Below are positions 26,909-35,532 of a stretch of DNA of 49,318 bases, in pieces; positions within the stretch are counted from its first letter, which is position 1, and every line of letters starts with the position of its first letter. A program made the translations under genes and the position numbers. Source of the stretch: a virus. Lineage: Duplodnaviria > Caudoviricetes. The notes below the pieces were generated by a model. The model saw only the letters and a list, made by a program, of their open reading frames with translations. It was not told where the DNA came from and did no database searches. The DNA lies in the IMG/VR virus record IMGVR_UViG_3300023267_000045, positions 1 through 49,318 of that record; one strand, written 5' to 3'.

Positions 26909-27459
26909 TCGGCAGCCGGTTCTGGGGCCTCCTCGCGGCGTGCCCGGTCGGCCTGGAGGTCGGCTGCGAACTGGTCTAGCAAGGACACGGTCGCGTTGGT
27001 CGCGCTGTCGTCGTTGTCCAGCTTCGCCAGTTCGACCGCGGCGCGGTTGGCGGCGGCGACTGCGGACATGGTGGAACGCCACTCCTGCGGGCCGGACGGG
27101 AGCACGGTGTGCTCGATGCTCTCGTCGAACCCGGTCTTGACGACGTGCAGGTGCGTGACCGGGTCGTGTAGCCGGGTGAGCAGGTCCGAGGCAGCGTCGA
27201 GGTAGTCCTCCTGCAGGAGGGCGCGCTGGGCGGCGAGGTAGACGCGGCGCGCGGTGGTGGCGGCCTCGGTGCGGTCGGCTCCCTCGGTCCAGGCGTCGGT
27301 GAGGCCGTGCAGGTCGGCGATGCGGCCGACGCTGGATTTGGCGATGCCCCAGCGTTCGGCGATGGCGCGGACGCTGCCCTGCGGGGTGCCTGCGTGCGCG
27401 CGGATGTAGTCCGCGATCTCTTCGCGGACCTCGTCGGGGATGCGTGGCGGGGGCGGCAC
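26905..27459 (-). CDS. terS: Terminase small subunit
   Basis: N-terminal HTH (SVRAIAERWGIAKSSVGRIA); GTGA-coupled to terL. Confidence 0.8.
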   Translation of the reverse strand: MPPPPRIPDEVREEIADYIRAHAGTPQGSVRAIAERWGIAKSSVGRIADLHGLTDAWTEGADRTEAATTARRVYLAAQRALLQEDYLDAASDLLTRLHDPVTHLHVVKTGFDESIEHTVLPSGPQEWRSTMSAVAAANRAAVELAKLDNDDSATNATVSLLDQFAADLQADRARREEAPEPAAE

Positions 27460-27487
27460 GTGCGCGAGCGTGCGCCCCCGCTGTCAC

Positions 27488-27742
27488 CTACCTGAGGTGC
27501 GGGTCAGGGCCTGGGTCGGGCGTCCACGCGGACGTGGTGGCCTCGCGCGGGATGGGTTCGGTGTGGCGTGGCGTGTCGCCGGGGCGCTGGCCGCACACGT
27601 AGTTGTCGGCCTGCACGACCGCGTCGGGCTCGGCGGCGTGGGCGGCTTCGGCGGTGGGGTATGCGCGGCCGGTCCACACGCCGCCCACGCGGGTGATGAA
27701 GGGCTCCAGGTTGGCGGGCGCGGGGTACTCAGTGCTGGTCAC
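27488..27742 (-). CDS. Hypothetical protein
   Basis: GGGAGG RBS; coupled to the upstream ORF. Confidence 0.6.
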   Translation of the reverse strand: MTSTEYPAPANLEPFITRVGGVWTGRAYPTAEAAHAAEPDAVVQADNYVCGQRPGDTPRHTEPIPREATTSAWTPDPGPDPHLR

Positions 27743-27906
27743 AGTGCCTCCCGATCGGTCTCGGCCTTGCCCTCTCGGCGTTCACGACGGCGGGTGCGCC
27801 GCTTGGCCTTGGAGGCTGCGCCAGCCCGCCGATAGCTGGTCATGTACTTCCGCCAGCCGGTGTGAACGTCCTGTTCCTCGCTGGTGACGATCCTCCGTCG
27901 AAGCAT
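27739..27906 (-). CDS. Small Arg/Lys-rich protein
   Basis: AAAGGA RBS; KAKRRTRRRERR. Confidence 0.6.
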   Translation of the reverse strand: MLRRRIVTSEEQDVHTGWRKYMTSYRRAGAASKAKRRTRRRERREGKAETDREAL

Positions 27907-27917
27907 GGTGCGTCCTT

Positions 27918-28475
27918 TCAGGCCACGAGGGCAAGTAGTCCGGGCTCCGGTTCGGCGTCGCGCGGGGCCGGGAGGCCGGGCAGCGGCAGCAGCAGTTGCC
28001 CCGCGCCGACCCGCACGCGGCCGACCCTGACGGGGGCGGTGAGCACGAGCAGCGGCGACAGCCACACCCCGTGCTGTTTCGCCTTCCGGCGGGCTTTGTC
28101 GCGTCGTTCGAACTCGTAGACGGCGTGCGCTCGTTTGCAGTCGGGGCACCGGCAGTGCCACTTGACGTAGCGGGCGCGTTCGCCGTGCTCGGGCGGGTCA
28201 CCCGGCGGCAGGTACCCGAACTGGGCTGCGGCCGCCTTCCGGTCGGCGTAGTCGAGCCCGCCCCAGATGCCCCACCGCTCGCGGCGTTCCAGCGCGCCGA
28301 GCGCGCACTCCAGCCTGACCGGGCACGCCGCGCAGATCGTCCGGCACGCGAGCGCCTGCGGGGTGCTGGGCTTCGCCTCCAGCCAGTCCAGCTCGGGGAA
28401 CAGCTGGCAGGCCCCCAGCTGGTGCCAGTCCGGCACCGAACGCGGCACGCGCGGCACGTCCAGCGCGGCGGTCAC
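27918..28475 (-). CDS. whiB: WhiB-family transcription factor with extra HG...CRCxxC domain
   Basis: W..LGAC...CAACPVRLEC...WGIWGG; HGERARYVKWHCRCPDCKRA. Confidence 0.9.
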   Translation of the reverse strand: MTAALDVPRVPRSVPDWHQLGACQLFPELDWLEAKPSTPQALACRTICAACPVRLECALGALERRERWGIWGGLDYADRKAAAAQFGYLPPGDPPEHGERARYVKWHCRCPDCKRAHAVYEFERRDKARRKAKQHGVWLSPLLVLTAPVRVGRVRVGAGQLLLPLPGLPAPRDAEPEPGLLALVA

Positions 28476-28714
28476 GAGAGCCACCAGCCGAGCACCGGCG
28501 CACCCACGCACGCCACCACGATCAGCACGGCGACGACCACGGCCTCGGCCAGCCGCCTGCGTAGCGTCGGGTTCACGGCTTCCTCCAGCCTGTCGTCGGG
28601 TTCGGGCACGGTCGGCCACTGCGGGTCTTCTCGGGTCACCGCCACGACGACCGCGATCAGCAGGCTCACCAACGCGACGAGCAGCACCGCGGCGGCGACC
28701 GCCCACCACGTCAT
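28472..28714 (-). CDS. Two-TM membrane protein
   Basis: Two hydrophobic helices; coupled overlaps at both ends. Confidence 0.7.
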   Translation of the reverse strand: MTWWAVAAAVLLVALVSLLIAVVVAVTREDPQWPTVPEPDDRLEEAVNPTLRRRLAEAVVVAVLIVVACVGAPVLGWWLS

Positions 28715-29130
28715 CGGGTCACCTCGACGGTGAGCCACAGCCGCCGGATACCGGGGCCGGGGTGGATGACGGGGGCGAGCTTCGTCATGTGCTCGGCCGT
28801 GTCGTCCGGCACCAGCTCCAGCCCGACCCAGTCCCGGCGCGGCCCGCGGGCGAGCGCGTCGCAGGCGGCCTTGAACGTCGGGTACAGGTTGTCCTCGTCC
28901 CGGCGCCGGTTGTCGCCCGGCGCGTAGTGCAGCCGGACCGTGAGGTGCTCGCACACTGGGATGCCCGCTGCCTTCGCGGCCTGGGTGACCTCTTCGCGGA
29001 TCAGCCTGGTGCGGCTGGAGCGGACCATGAAGTGCAGGCGGTCGTTGGCGGTGAGGGGTGGGAGCGGGGGCCGTCCCCAGGGCTGCGGGATCATCGGCAC
29101 CTCGACCTCGAACACCTGGGGCGCGGTCAA
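28711..29130 (-). CDS. rusA: RusA-like Holliday junction resolvase
   Basis: RRRDEDNL..TFKAACDAL...VPDD catalytic pattern. Confidence 0.8.
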   Translation of the reverse strand: MTAPQVFEVEVPMIPQPWGRPPLPPLTANDRLHFMVRSSRTRLIREEVTQAAKAAGIPVCEHLTVRLHYAPGDNRRRDEDNLYPTFKAACDALARGPRRDWVGLELVPDDTAEHMTKLAPVIHPGPGIRRLWLTVEVTR

Positions 29131-29420
29131 CGGCGTGCCTCGCCGTCGCTGGTGGTCCTGATCGGGCCGATGCCTTCGATGTCGTGCCAGGACGACGTGT
29201 CGCGGTTGAACACCTGCAAGCGGTTGAACACCAAGGCCGGCCGGGAGGCCGAGCCCTTCGCCTGCTCGGGGACGCTGTCGCGGTGCCGGTTGGACCCGGC
29301 GCACTGCGGGCCCTTCCGGCCGGCGCGCACTCGGTGCGGCACGCGGTTGCCGGTGCGCTGGTCGACCACTATCGCGCGTCGACCGCAGAAGTTGCACTTG
29401 CAGGTTTCACAGCTGGGCAC
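29127..29420 (-). CDS. Small Cys-rich hypothetical protein
   Basis: CETCKCNFCG...PHR...CAGS; GGAGG RBS. Confidence 0.6.
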   Translation of the reverse strand: MPSCETCKCNFCGRRAIVVDQRTGNRVPHRVRAGRKGPQCAGSNRHRDSVPEQAKGSASRPALVFNRLQVFNRDTSSWHDIEGIGPIRTTSDGEARR

Positions 29421-29565
29421 TGGGCACCTCCTGGACGGGCGTGGGTGGTTTGGTCTGGCACGGCGGCACGACGCCGTCGGTGTGCCAGGTGCGGCCGGTG
29501 ATCGGGTCGTGGACGAGTCCGGGGCGGCCGCACCGTCCACACCAGACCCCGTGCAGGCGGATCAC
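29407..29565 (-). CDS. Small CxxC hypothetical protein
   Basis: WCGRCG...WHT...PPC; GTGA overlap. Confidence 0.5.
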   Translation of the reverse strand: MIRLHGVWCGRCGRPGLVHDPITGRTWHTDGVVPPCQTKPPTPVQEVPSAQL

Positions 29566-29714
29566 GGTGCCCACGAGGCGAGGAACGCCTCGGCTTCCTG
29601 TTCGGTGGTGGGCCGCCACCGCATCGCGCCGGACAGCGTGGGTCCGCCGGCGCACAGGGGGCAGCCGGTCCGGCACGGCGGAGCGTCGGGGTCCGGGATC
29701 GCGGTGTCGGCCAT
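29562..29714 (-). CDS. 50-aa hypothetical protein
   Basis: AAGGAGG RBS; MADTAIPDP...CRTGCPLC; stop overlaps the next start. Confidence 0.5.
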   Translation of the reverse strand: MADTAIPDPDAPPCRTGCPLCAGGPTLSGAMRWRPTTEQEAEAFLASWAP

Positions 29715-29717
29715 GGT

Positions 29718-31124
29718 TCAGTCCTCCTTGGCGATCTGGAGGGTGTCGGCGATGTGCTCGTCGGCAGCGTCCTGGGCTTCGTCGTGGGTGCCGCTGATGG
29801 CGAGGTCGCAGCCGTGGCAGGTGGTGAGCCAGATACCGGGCAGGACTTCGCGGGTCTCGGCTCGGTGCTGGACGACCTCGCGCGGTGCGGCGTCCTGCTG
29901 TGCCTCGGTGTCCCCAACGGGAGAGGCGGGGCACACGTGCTCGTGCAGTTCGGCCCACCGCTCCGCTTCCTTCGCGGTCGCGACGGTCTCCGTCCATGGG
30001 CACAGCACGCAGGTGAGGGTCCAGCCGCGGGAGTCGTGGATGTAGGTGACAGGGCGCGCGCCCGGCGGGTGCTCCCTGCCTGCTGGTGTGTCGTCGGGGG
30101 TGGCGACAGCCGGGTTGATCCGGCATGACTCGAACCCGTCCCTTGCCCCTGGACAGCGCCCACTGCCGCACCACTCGCATGGCGTGTCCTTGACCTCGGG
30201 GGTGGCGACAGCCGACCCCCAACCCGGCGAGGAGTCGTCGCCCGTTCCCGAGCGCTCGCCCCGCCACATCTCGATCAGGCGGGTGACCTTCGTCAACACC
30301 TCGCCCTGCCGGACGTCGAGCAGCCAGCCGATCTGGTCCCGCCAGTTCTCCGGCAGCACCACGGCGTCAGCGATCGGCGGCCGATGCCCGCCACGAACGG
30401 CGCCGTAGACCGCGTCCAGCGCGGGACACGAGTCCTGCTGGCCGTCGCAGCACTGGAGCACGAGGTGCAGCACCTTCTCGCAGAACTCGACGTTCTCCTC
30501 TTCGATGCGCAGCTCGGCTCGAAGCGCTCGGACCTCCCGCGCGTCTGCGGGGGTGTTGCCCCCCGACAGGCGGGAGCGGTCCTTGCGGACGAGGTCGAGC
30601 AGCCAGTTCCACACCGTGTCCAGCGGGCGGTCAGGGAGCGAGGTCGACCCGTCGAACTGGGCGGCGTGCAGGTCGCGGACGAGGGAAGCCACCTCTGCGG
30701 AGCGCCCCTGCGACTGGGCCTCTGCGGCGCGCTTCCACTCGTCGGCTTCGGCGCGGAGGCGGGCCAGTTCCGGCTCCACCTCGGCGAGCACGGCGTCGGC
30801 GCGGGCGGTCACGCCGCAGTAGCCGGGCTCACGGCGGGCGCGGGTGTCGGACTGGAGGTCCTCGGCCACGATCGCCCGCTCGATCCTCGTGCGGAGGTCG
30901 CCTTCGGGGGTGGGTACGGGGTCGACCCGGCGCACCTGGTCCACGAGCGGCGCGAACGGCACCTTCTCCGGCCGCACGATCTCCAGCCACACGCGCGGGC
31001 CGGGGTCGTCCCGGTACATCACCTCGGGGACGGCGGTCACGGTGGCGCGTTCGCCCGCGTAGACGGAGCCGGTGATCTCCACGATGTCGCCGACGGCCAG
31101 CGGAGGGGGTACGGGGCCGCTCAC
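29718..31124 (-). CDS. Mosaic hypothetical protein (KOW-like N-terminus, several CxxC modules)
   Basis: VGDIVEITGSVYAGERATV; CEWCG, CVLC, CHGC modules. Confidence 0.7.
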   Translation of the reverse strand: MSGPVPPPLAVGDIVEITGSVYAGERATVTAVPEVMYRDDPGPRVWLEIVRPEKVPFAPLVDQVRRVDPVPTPEGDLRTRIERAIVAEDLQSDTRARREPGYCGVTARADAVLAEVEPELARLRAEADEWKRAAEAQSQGRSAEVASLVRDLHAAQFDGSTSLPDRPLDTVWNWLLDLVRKDRSRLSGGNTPADAREVRALRAELRIEEENVEFCEKVLHLVLQCCDGQQDSCPALDAVYGAVRGGHRPPIADAVVLPENWRDQIGWLLDVRQGEVLTKVTRLIEMWRGERSGTGDDSSPGWGSAVATPEVKDTPCEWCGSGRCPGARDGFESCRINPAVATPDDTPAGREHPPGARPVTYIHDSRGWTLTCVLCPWTETVATAKEAERWAELHEHVCPASPVGDTEAQQDAAPREVVQHRAETREVLPGIWLTTCHGCDLAISGTHDEAQDAADEHIADTLQIAKED

Positions 31125-32428
31125 GCCGACACCGCCTCACCGAAGTGCTCCGGCCGCTCGAACGTCACGTTGTTCGGGTGCCCCGCCAGCGGCGTCACAC
31201 CAGCGGGCTGCTCGGCGGTGTCGTCGCCGTACACCCACTCCTCGAAGGCTTCCTTCTGGTCGACGGGCACCGCTTCCCGGTTGTGAACCGCGTCCCGGAT
31301 CGCGGTCCATACCAACCCCCGTGACGGGTCCTCCGGTGTGGACGGTTCGCCCCGTATCCCCTGTACGACACGGACGGTGTCGCCCTCAGGGGGTTGGTTA
31401 CGGTGCACGAGGATCACGGTCGGGGTGCCGTGGCCGGGGATGTAGGCGCCGGAGGTGTCGATCACCCACTGTGCGTCGAACCGCGGTAGCCACTGCTCGA
31501 CGTACCGGGTGCCGAACTCGCGCTTGATGAAGCTGTTCGCGGTGAGCTGTGCGCACCACCCGCCGTCGACGAGCAGCCGCATCATCAGCGCGTGGAACGG
31601 CAGCGCGAGGCTGAACTGGCGGTGGCACACCTCGGGGTAGCGGGCGCGGACCGCATGTGCGATGTCGGCAGTGGGGGGGACGATGTAGGGCGGGTTCGCG
31701 ACCACCACTTCGTACCGGCCGCGCTCCAGCAGTGGGTGGTCGTCGAGCAGCGAGTCCGCCGCGGCGATGTTCAGCGGCAACTCGCGCAGCACCGTGGTGT
31801 CGTGGGTGTGGCGCAGGGCTGCCCAGGCCAGCACGAGCATCCGGTACCGGGCGACCAGTACGGCGTAGGGGTCGAGGTCGACACCGTGGACCTGGTCCGC
31901 GGACTCGACCATCACGTCAGCCAACCGGGGGCGGCCGCGGAGGGTGCGCATCCACGTTTCCAGCAGCAGGTGTCCGGTCCCGCACGACGGGTCGATCACC
32001 TTGGGTCGGTCCCAGATTTCGATGGCGCGGTCGTAACTGGTGTGCAGCAGCAGGTCCGCCACCCACCACGGGGTCTGGCACAGGGCTCGGCCCTTGCGGG
32101 ACTCGGTGGACAGGGTCTGGTAGAGGTCGCCGAGCGGGTAGGTCCACCACTGGACGGTGAGGTCGTCGGGCATCAACTGGTGCTGCGCCCACAGGGCGGT
32201 GATGGCGGGGTGGGTGGTGTCGATGTCGGCCAGATCGGCGAGTCCGGGGTGCAGGCGGGTGACGTCCGCGAGTCCGCCGAGTCCGATCTGTCGGGCGTGC
32301 TGGTCCAGCGCGGCGGCGTGGACGGTGACCGCGGCCTGCTGGTGGGGCATCGATTCGGCCAGCTGGTTGACCACCTGTGTGGCGGGGTCCACCAGCTGGG
32401 GCGAGAGACGGGGCTGCCGGTCGGTCAC
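31121..32428 (-). CDS. N6-adenine DNA methyltransferase, truncated PglX (BREX-2)-like
   Basis: LGDLYQTLS..RK.RALCQTP, DPSCGTGHLL, NPPY, TANSFIKREFG, VIDTSGAYIPGHGTPTVIL, RGEPSTPEDPSRGLVW. Confidence 0.88.
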   Translation of the reverse strand: MTDRQPRLSPQLVDPATQVVNQLAESMPHQQAAVTVHAAALDQHARQIGLGGLADVTRLHPGLADLADIDTTHPAITALWAQHQLMPDDLTVQWWTYPLGDLYQTLSTESRKGRALCQTPWWVADLLLHTSYDRAIEIWDRPKVIDPSCGTGHLLLETWMRTLRGRPRLADVMVESADQVHGVDLDPYAVLVARYRMLVLAWAALRHTHDTTVLRELPLNIAAADSLLDDHPLLERGRYEVVVANPPYIVPPTADIAHAVRARYPEVCHRQFSLALPFHALMMRLLVDGGWCAQLTANSFIKREFGTRYVEQWLPRFDAQWVIDTSGAYIPGHGTPTVILVHRNQPPEGDTVRVVQGIRGEPSTPEDPSRGLVWTAIRDAVHNREAVPVDQKEAFEEWVYGDDTAEQPAGVTPLAGHPNNVTFERPEHFGEAVSA

Positions 32429-32964
32429 GTCGCCCCTCCTGGCGTGGGGACCTCGGACAGCGGGCCGTAGGCGTCGGCGAGCAGTTCCTTCCAGGGCAGG
32501 CCGTGCCACATCGAGGGTGACTCGTCCGGGGTCTTGACCCAGCACCACCGTCCGTCGGTGTTGCGGCGGGCGAACGGGAACGCGCGGTGGCCGTCGTCCG
32601 TGTCGCGGAGTAGGTCGACGCCTTCGGGCTCGTCGTCGCCTTCCTGCCACACGCGGGGCGGGGGCGGGGTGTCCTCGGAGGACGGGGCGGGAGCGGCGTG
32701 CTTCGCGGTGGCCATCTGGAGGACCAACTGCTCCCAGGCCTCGATCGCGGTGTGCGCGTCGGCCTCGTGCTCCAGCTCCCAGGACAGCATCGAGTGGAAG
32801 CGCGGGCCCCAGGCGAGGATGGTCGCGTCGGCTTCTGCCTTTGCGCTCTCGGGCGTCGGGGCGTCGAGCGCTTGGAGGGCGGCGATCTGGATCCGCTGGG
32901 CGTCGATGACGTCGCGGAGGTTGGCGATCTGCTGGACGAGCGACGCCGTCTCGGGGGTGCTCAC
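32425..32964 (-). CDS. Hypothetical phage protein
   Basis: GAGGGAG RBS; coupled; PRVW..GD.EP..V...LLADAYGPLSEV. Confidence 0.7.
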   Translation of the reverse strand: MSTPETASLVQQIANLRDVIDAQRIQIAALQALDAPTPESAKAEADATILAWGPRFHSMLSWELEHEADAHTAIEAWEQLVLQMATAKHAAPAPSSEDTPPPPRVWQEGDDEPEGVDLLRDTDDGHRAFPFARRNTDGRWCWVKTPDESPSMWHGLPWKELLADAYGPLSEVPTPGGAT

Positions 32965-33209
32965 GTCTGTTCTCCCTCGGACAGGTCGATCTCGCGGTCG
33001 TCCACCTGGAGGCCGGTCATCTCCTCGGCCTGCGGGTCGACGACACGGCTGCCGCACTGGTGGCACAACTGGGTGTCGAGGTGAGCGCCGGCCTCGGCGC
33101 GGACGGCGTCGGCGATCTGGGTGTCGGTCATCCCGGTGACGTCGAGGTCGAACTCGACGGTGGTCCCGGCGTACACGGCGAAGGTGGCGATGATGTTGGA
33201 CTCGCTCAC
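32961..33209 (-). CDS. Hypothetical protein (LCHQC)
   Basis: RBS and GTGA coupling. Confidence 0.65.
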   Translation of the reverse strand: MSESNIIATFAVYAGTTVEFDLDVTGMTDTQIADAVRAEAGAHLDTQLCHQCGSRVVDPQAEEMTGLQVDDREIDLSEGEQT

Positions 33210-33829
33210 GGGGTCTGGTCTCCCTCGGTGGTGGTCGGGGCGGGGGTCTCGGCCAGCACGGCGCCGGTAGCGGTCGACGCGGCGTCGAGGAATTCGGCGA
33301 GTTCGGTGGCGTCGTGGCCGAGGAGGTCGCTGCCGTGGGTGTCGGCGATGCGGTGGGCGGTGTTGAGCGCGGCGTCGGCGGCTTCGAGAGCGGCGCGGAG
33401 TCGGGCTACCTCCGCTTCCAGTGGGCCGGTCAGGAACGGGCGAGCGGCAGCGATCGCGGCGCGGGCCCTGACCATGCGCATCCGCTGCTGCACCGGCCCG
33501 AGCCGTGGCCACAGGTCGCCGTAGATCGGGTCGGGGAATGCGTTCGTCCACGCCCCAGCAGCAGCCAGCGCGGCGGCTTCGTCGGCTGGGTTGGGGGTCT
33601 CGACCGGCGGCGTCCAGCCCTGCTCGATCGCCATGTCCAGCGCTTCCTCGGCGTGGCCGAACGTCCACATCAGCGAGTCGCGCCGGTAGTCGTCCCGCGA
33701 CGCGCACGAGTCGGGGTAGGCGCGGCAGTTGCAGAGGCTCTCGTGCAGCCGATCGGTCATGGCGTGCAGCACGCGGGTGACCGCCGGGTTGGGGGTCTCG
33801 TCAGCCACGGCGGGGGTCTGCTCGGTCAT
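33206..33829 (-). CDS. Hypothetical phage protein
   Basis: AAAGGA RBS; ATGA coupling. Confidence 0.65.
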   Translation of the reverse strand: MTEQTPAVADETPNPAVTRVLHAMTDRLHESLCNCRAYPDSCASRDDYRRDSLMWTFGHAEEALDMAIEQGWTPPVETPNPADEAAALAAAGAWTNAFPDPIYGDLWPRLGPVQQRMRMVRARAAIAAARPFLTGPLEAEVARLRAALEAADAALNTAHRIADTHGSDLLGHDATELAEFLDAASTATGAVLAETPAPTTTEGDQTP

Positions 33830-34152
33830 CGCGGGTCCTTTGGGGCGGGGGGCATGGGCAGGTCGAGGTATCCCTTCGCCCACGCGGGCAAGACCTCCGG
33901 AGTGGGGAGGGTGGGGGTGGGCTCGTGGATCGGGGCGAGCCCGGCTGCGGTGCGGGCCTCGTGGAGGGTGTTCACCGCGTGGGTCCTTTCGGGACAGTCG
34001 CTGGCGTGGACGTCGGTGCAGAGCTGGCACGAGGGGCAGTGGTCGTTCTGCCCGCAGGTGGCTGCGTAGCCGTCGGAGCGTGCCCGGAGGCAGACGAGCG
34101 GGTCGCTGTCTGCCTCCGGGCCGTTGTCGCTGCCGACGTAGATCAGGCTCAC
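33826..34152 (-). CDS. Cys-rich hypothetical protein
   Basis: HCPSCQLCTDVHASDCP; coupled. Confidence 0.6.
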   Translation of the reverse strand: MSLIYVGSDNGPEADSDPLVCLRARSDGYAATCGQNDHCPSCQLCTDVHASDCPERTHAVNTLHEARTAAGLAPIHEPTPTLPTPEVLPAWAKGYLDLPMPPAPKDPR

Positions 34153-34334
34153 GCCTGGACCTCGACCCACCGCTGCTCGACCTCGGTCAGCCGGTAGTGA
34201 CGGGTCACCGAGTCGTAGCTGTTGAGGTCTCGGATTTCGACGGTGAGGATGCCGTCCGTGATGCTGACCTCGCGGCGGTCGCCGTTGCTCTGGTCGGACT
34301 CGGTGAAGCCCTCCAGGGGGTGCTCGTCAGCCAC
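34149..34334 (-). CDS. Hypothetical protein
   Basis: 61-aa ORF overlapping its neighbours' starts and stops. Confidence 0.6.
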   Translation of the reverse strand: MADEHPLEGFTESDQSNGDRREVSITDGILTVEIRDLNSYDSVTRHYRLTEVEQRWVEVQA

Positions 34335-34734
34335 GGTCCACCGCCTCTGTGGCGTTGAGTGCCTCGCGCAGGTACGCGGCGGTGACCACGAGCTCGTCGC
34401 GTGTCGGTTCGCCGTTGAACCAGGCCCAGTCGAGGGCGGGGTCGTTGGCGTCGGCGAGCGAGACGATCACGGTCTTCGAGCCCCGGTAGCTGCTGCTGAT
34501 CAGGATGTGGAACGAGGTCCGGTCGCCGTTGGCGTTGGTCACCGAGCGGACGGTGATGGTCGCGTCGGGGAAGGCGTCGAGGGCGAACAGGATCGGGCGG
34601 ATGCCGTCGCTGAACTGGACCTCGATGTCGAAGCAGCCGACGCGGGCGCTGGTGAACGTGGTCTCGTTGATGTGCTGGGCGTGCTCGTCGAGGAAGTCGG
34701 CGAGGAGGGTGGCGCGGTCGATGATGGCGTTCAC
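34327..34734 (-). CDS. Hypothetical protein
   Basis: GAGG RBS; GTGA coupling. Confidence 0.65.
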   Translation of the reverse strand: MNAIIDRATLLADFLDEHAQHINETTFTSARVGCFDIEVQFSDGIRPILFALDAFPDATITVRSVTNANGDRTSFHILISSSYRGSKTVIVSLADANDPALDWAWFNGEPTRDELVVTAAYLREALNATEAVDRG

Positions 34735-35246
34735 GCGGTCACCTCGGCGGGCGCGATGGCCTCGTACAGCTCGATGAAGGTGATCGTGCGGCTGTCGCCC
34801 TGCTGCAAGCCGAAGTCGTCGGCAATGGGGAGCGTCGTCCACACGCGCAGCGGTCCGGCGTTGAGCTCCACGGACACCTTGCGGGCGGTGCCGAAGCAGA
34901 AGAGCTCGACGTCGGTGAGCTGCACGAGCGTTTCGGCCCACGCCAGGAGCGCGGTGGTCTCGTTCCAGCCGTCGCTGCGGCGGGCGGTGATCTGGGCGCG
35001 GCCGTCGGCGAGGACGTTGACGGTGGACAGGTGGGGGTGGGCGCGGAGGTGGTCGACGAGCGCGGTGAAGGCGTCGGCGGTCTTCTGGGCGGGGGTCTGC
35101 TCGGCGTCCACAGTGGTCTCCTCAACGGGCAGGTAGGCGTCGAACGGGCCGCGGTTGTCGTCGTCGGGGTTGGTGTCGGGCCAGGTGGGCTCGTCGGGGT
35201 CCTCGGTGGGCCAGATGGGGCCGGTGGTGGCGTTGAGGAGGTTCAC
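34731..35246 (-). CDS. Hypothetical protein
   Basis: GTGA coupling; acidic N-terminus. Confidence 0.65.
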   Translation of the reverse strand: MNLLNATTGPIWPTEDPDEPTWPDTNPDDDNRGPFDAYLPVEETTVDAEQTPAQKTADAFTALVDHLRAHPHLSTVNVLADGRAQITARRSDGWNETTALLAWAETLVQLTDVELFCFGTARKVSVELNAGPLRVWTTLPIADDFGLQQGDSRTITFIELYEAIAPAEVTA

Positions 35247-35497
35247 GCGCCCACCTGCTCCCAGGTCGTGGTGGGCTGCGGGGCGGGCGCGGTCGAGGTG
35301 ACCGGCGTGATGGTCGGGACCGCGGGCTGGTCGGGGCCGCAGGCGGTGAGGGTGCCGAGGACCGCGATCACGATGATCACGACGAGCAGGGCGTCGACGG
35401 TGGTCGCGACCATCGGGTTCGCGGTCAGGGCGTCGAGCCAGGCGCGGAGCGGGCGCTTCGCGTGGCGGGGGCTGGTCAGGCCCGTGGTGTTCGGCAT
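35243..35497 (-). CDS. Membrane/lipoprotein-like small protein
   Basis: Hydrophobic helix ending LTAC; AAGGAG RBS. Confidence 0.65.
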   Translation of the reverse strand: MPNTTGLTSPRHAKRPLRAWLDALTANPMVATTVDALLVVIIVIAVLGTLTACGPDQPAVPTITPVTSTAPAPQPTTTWEQVGA

Positions 35498-35532
35498 GTC
35501 GTCTCCTTGAAGCTGGTGTCACCGCTGAGGTG

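Noticed and set aside
35517-35522. GTGACA before gene 35497 as a late-motif copy
   Set aside because: The position after N9 is AGGAGA (the RBS), not NANNNT. Other hexamers at about 583, 3124, 30046, 41279, 46113 and 46260 also lack the correctly spaced -10 and start.
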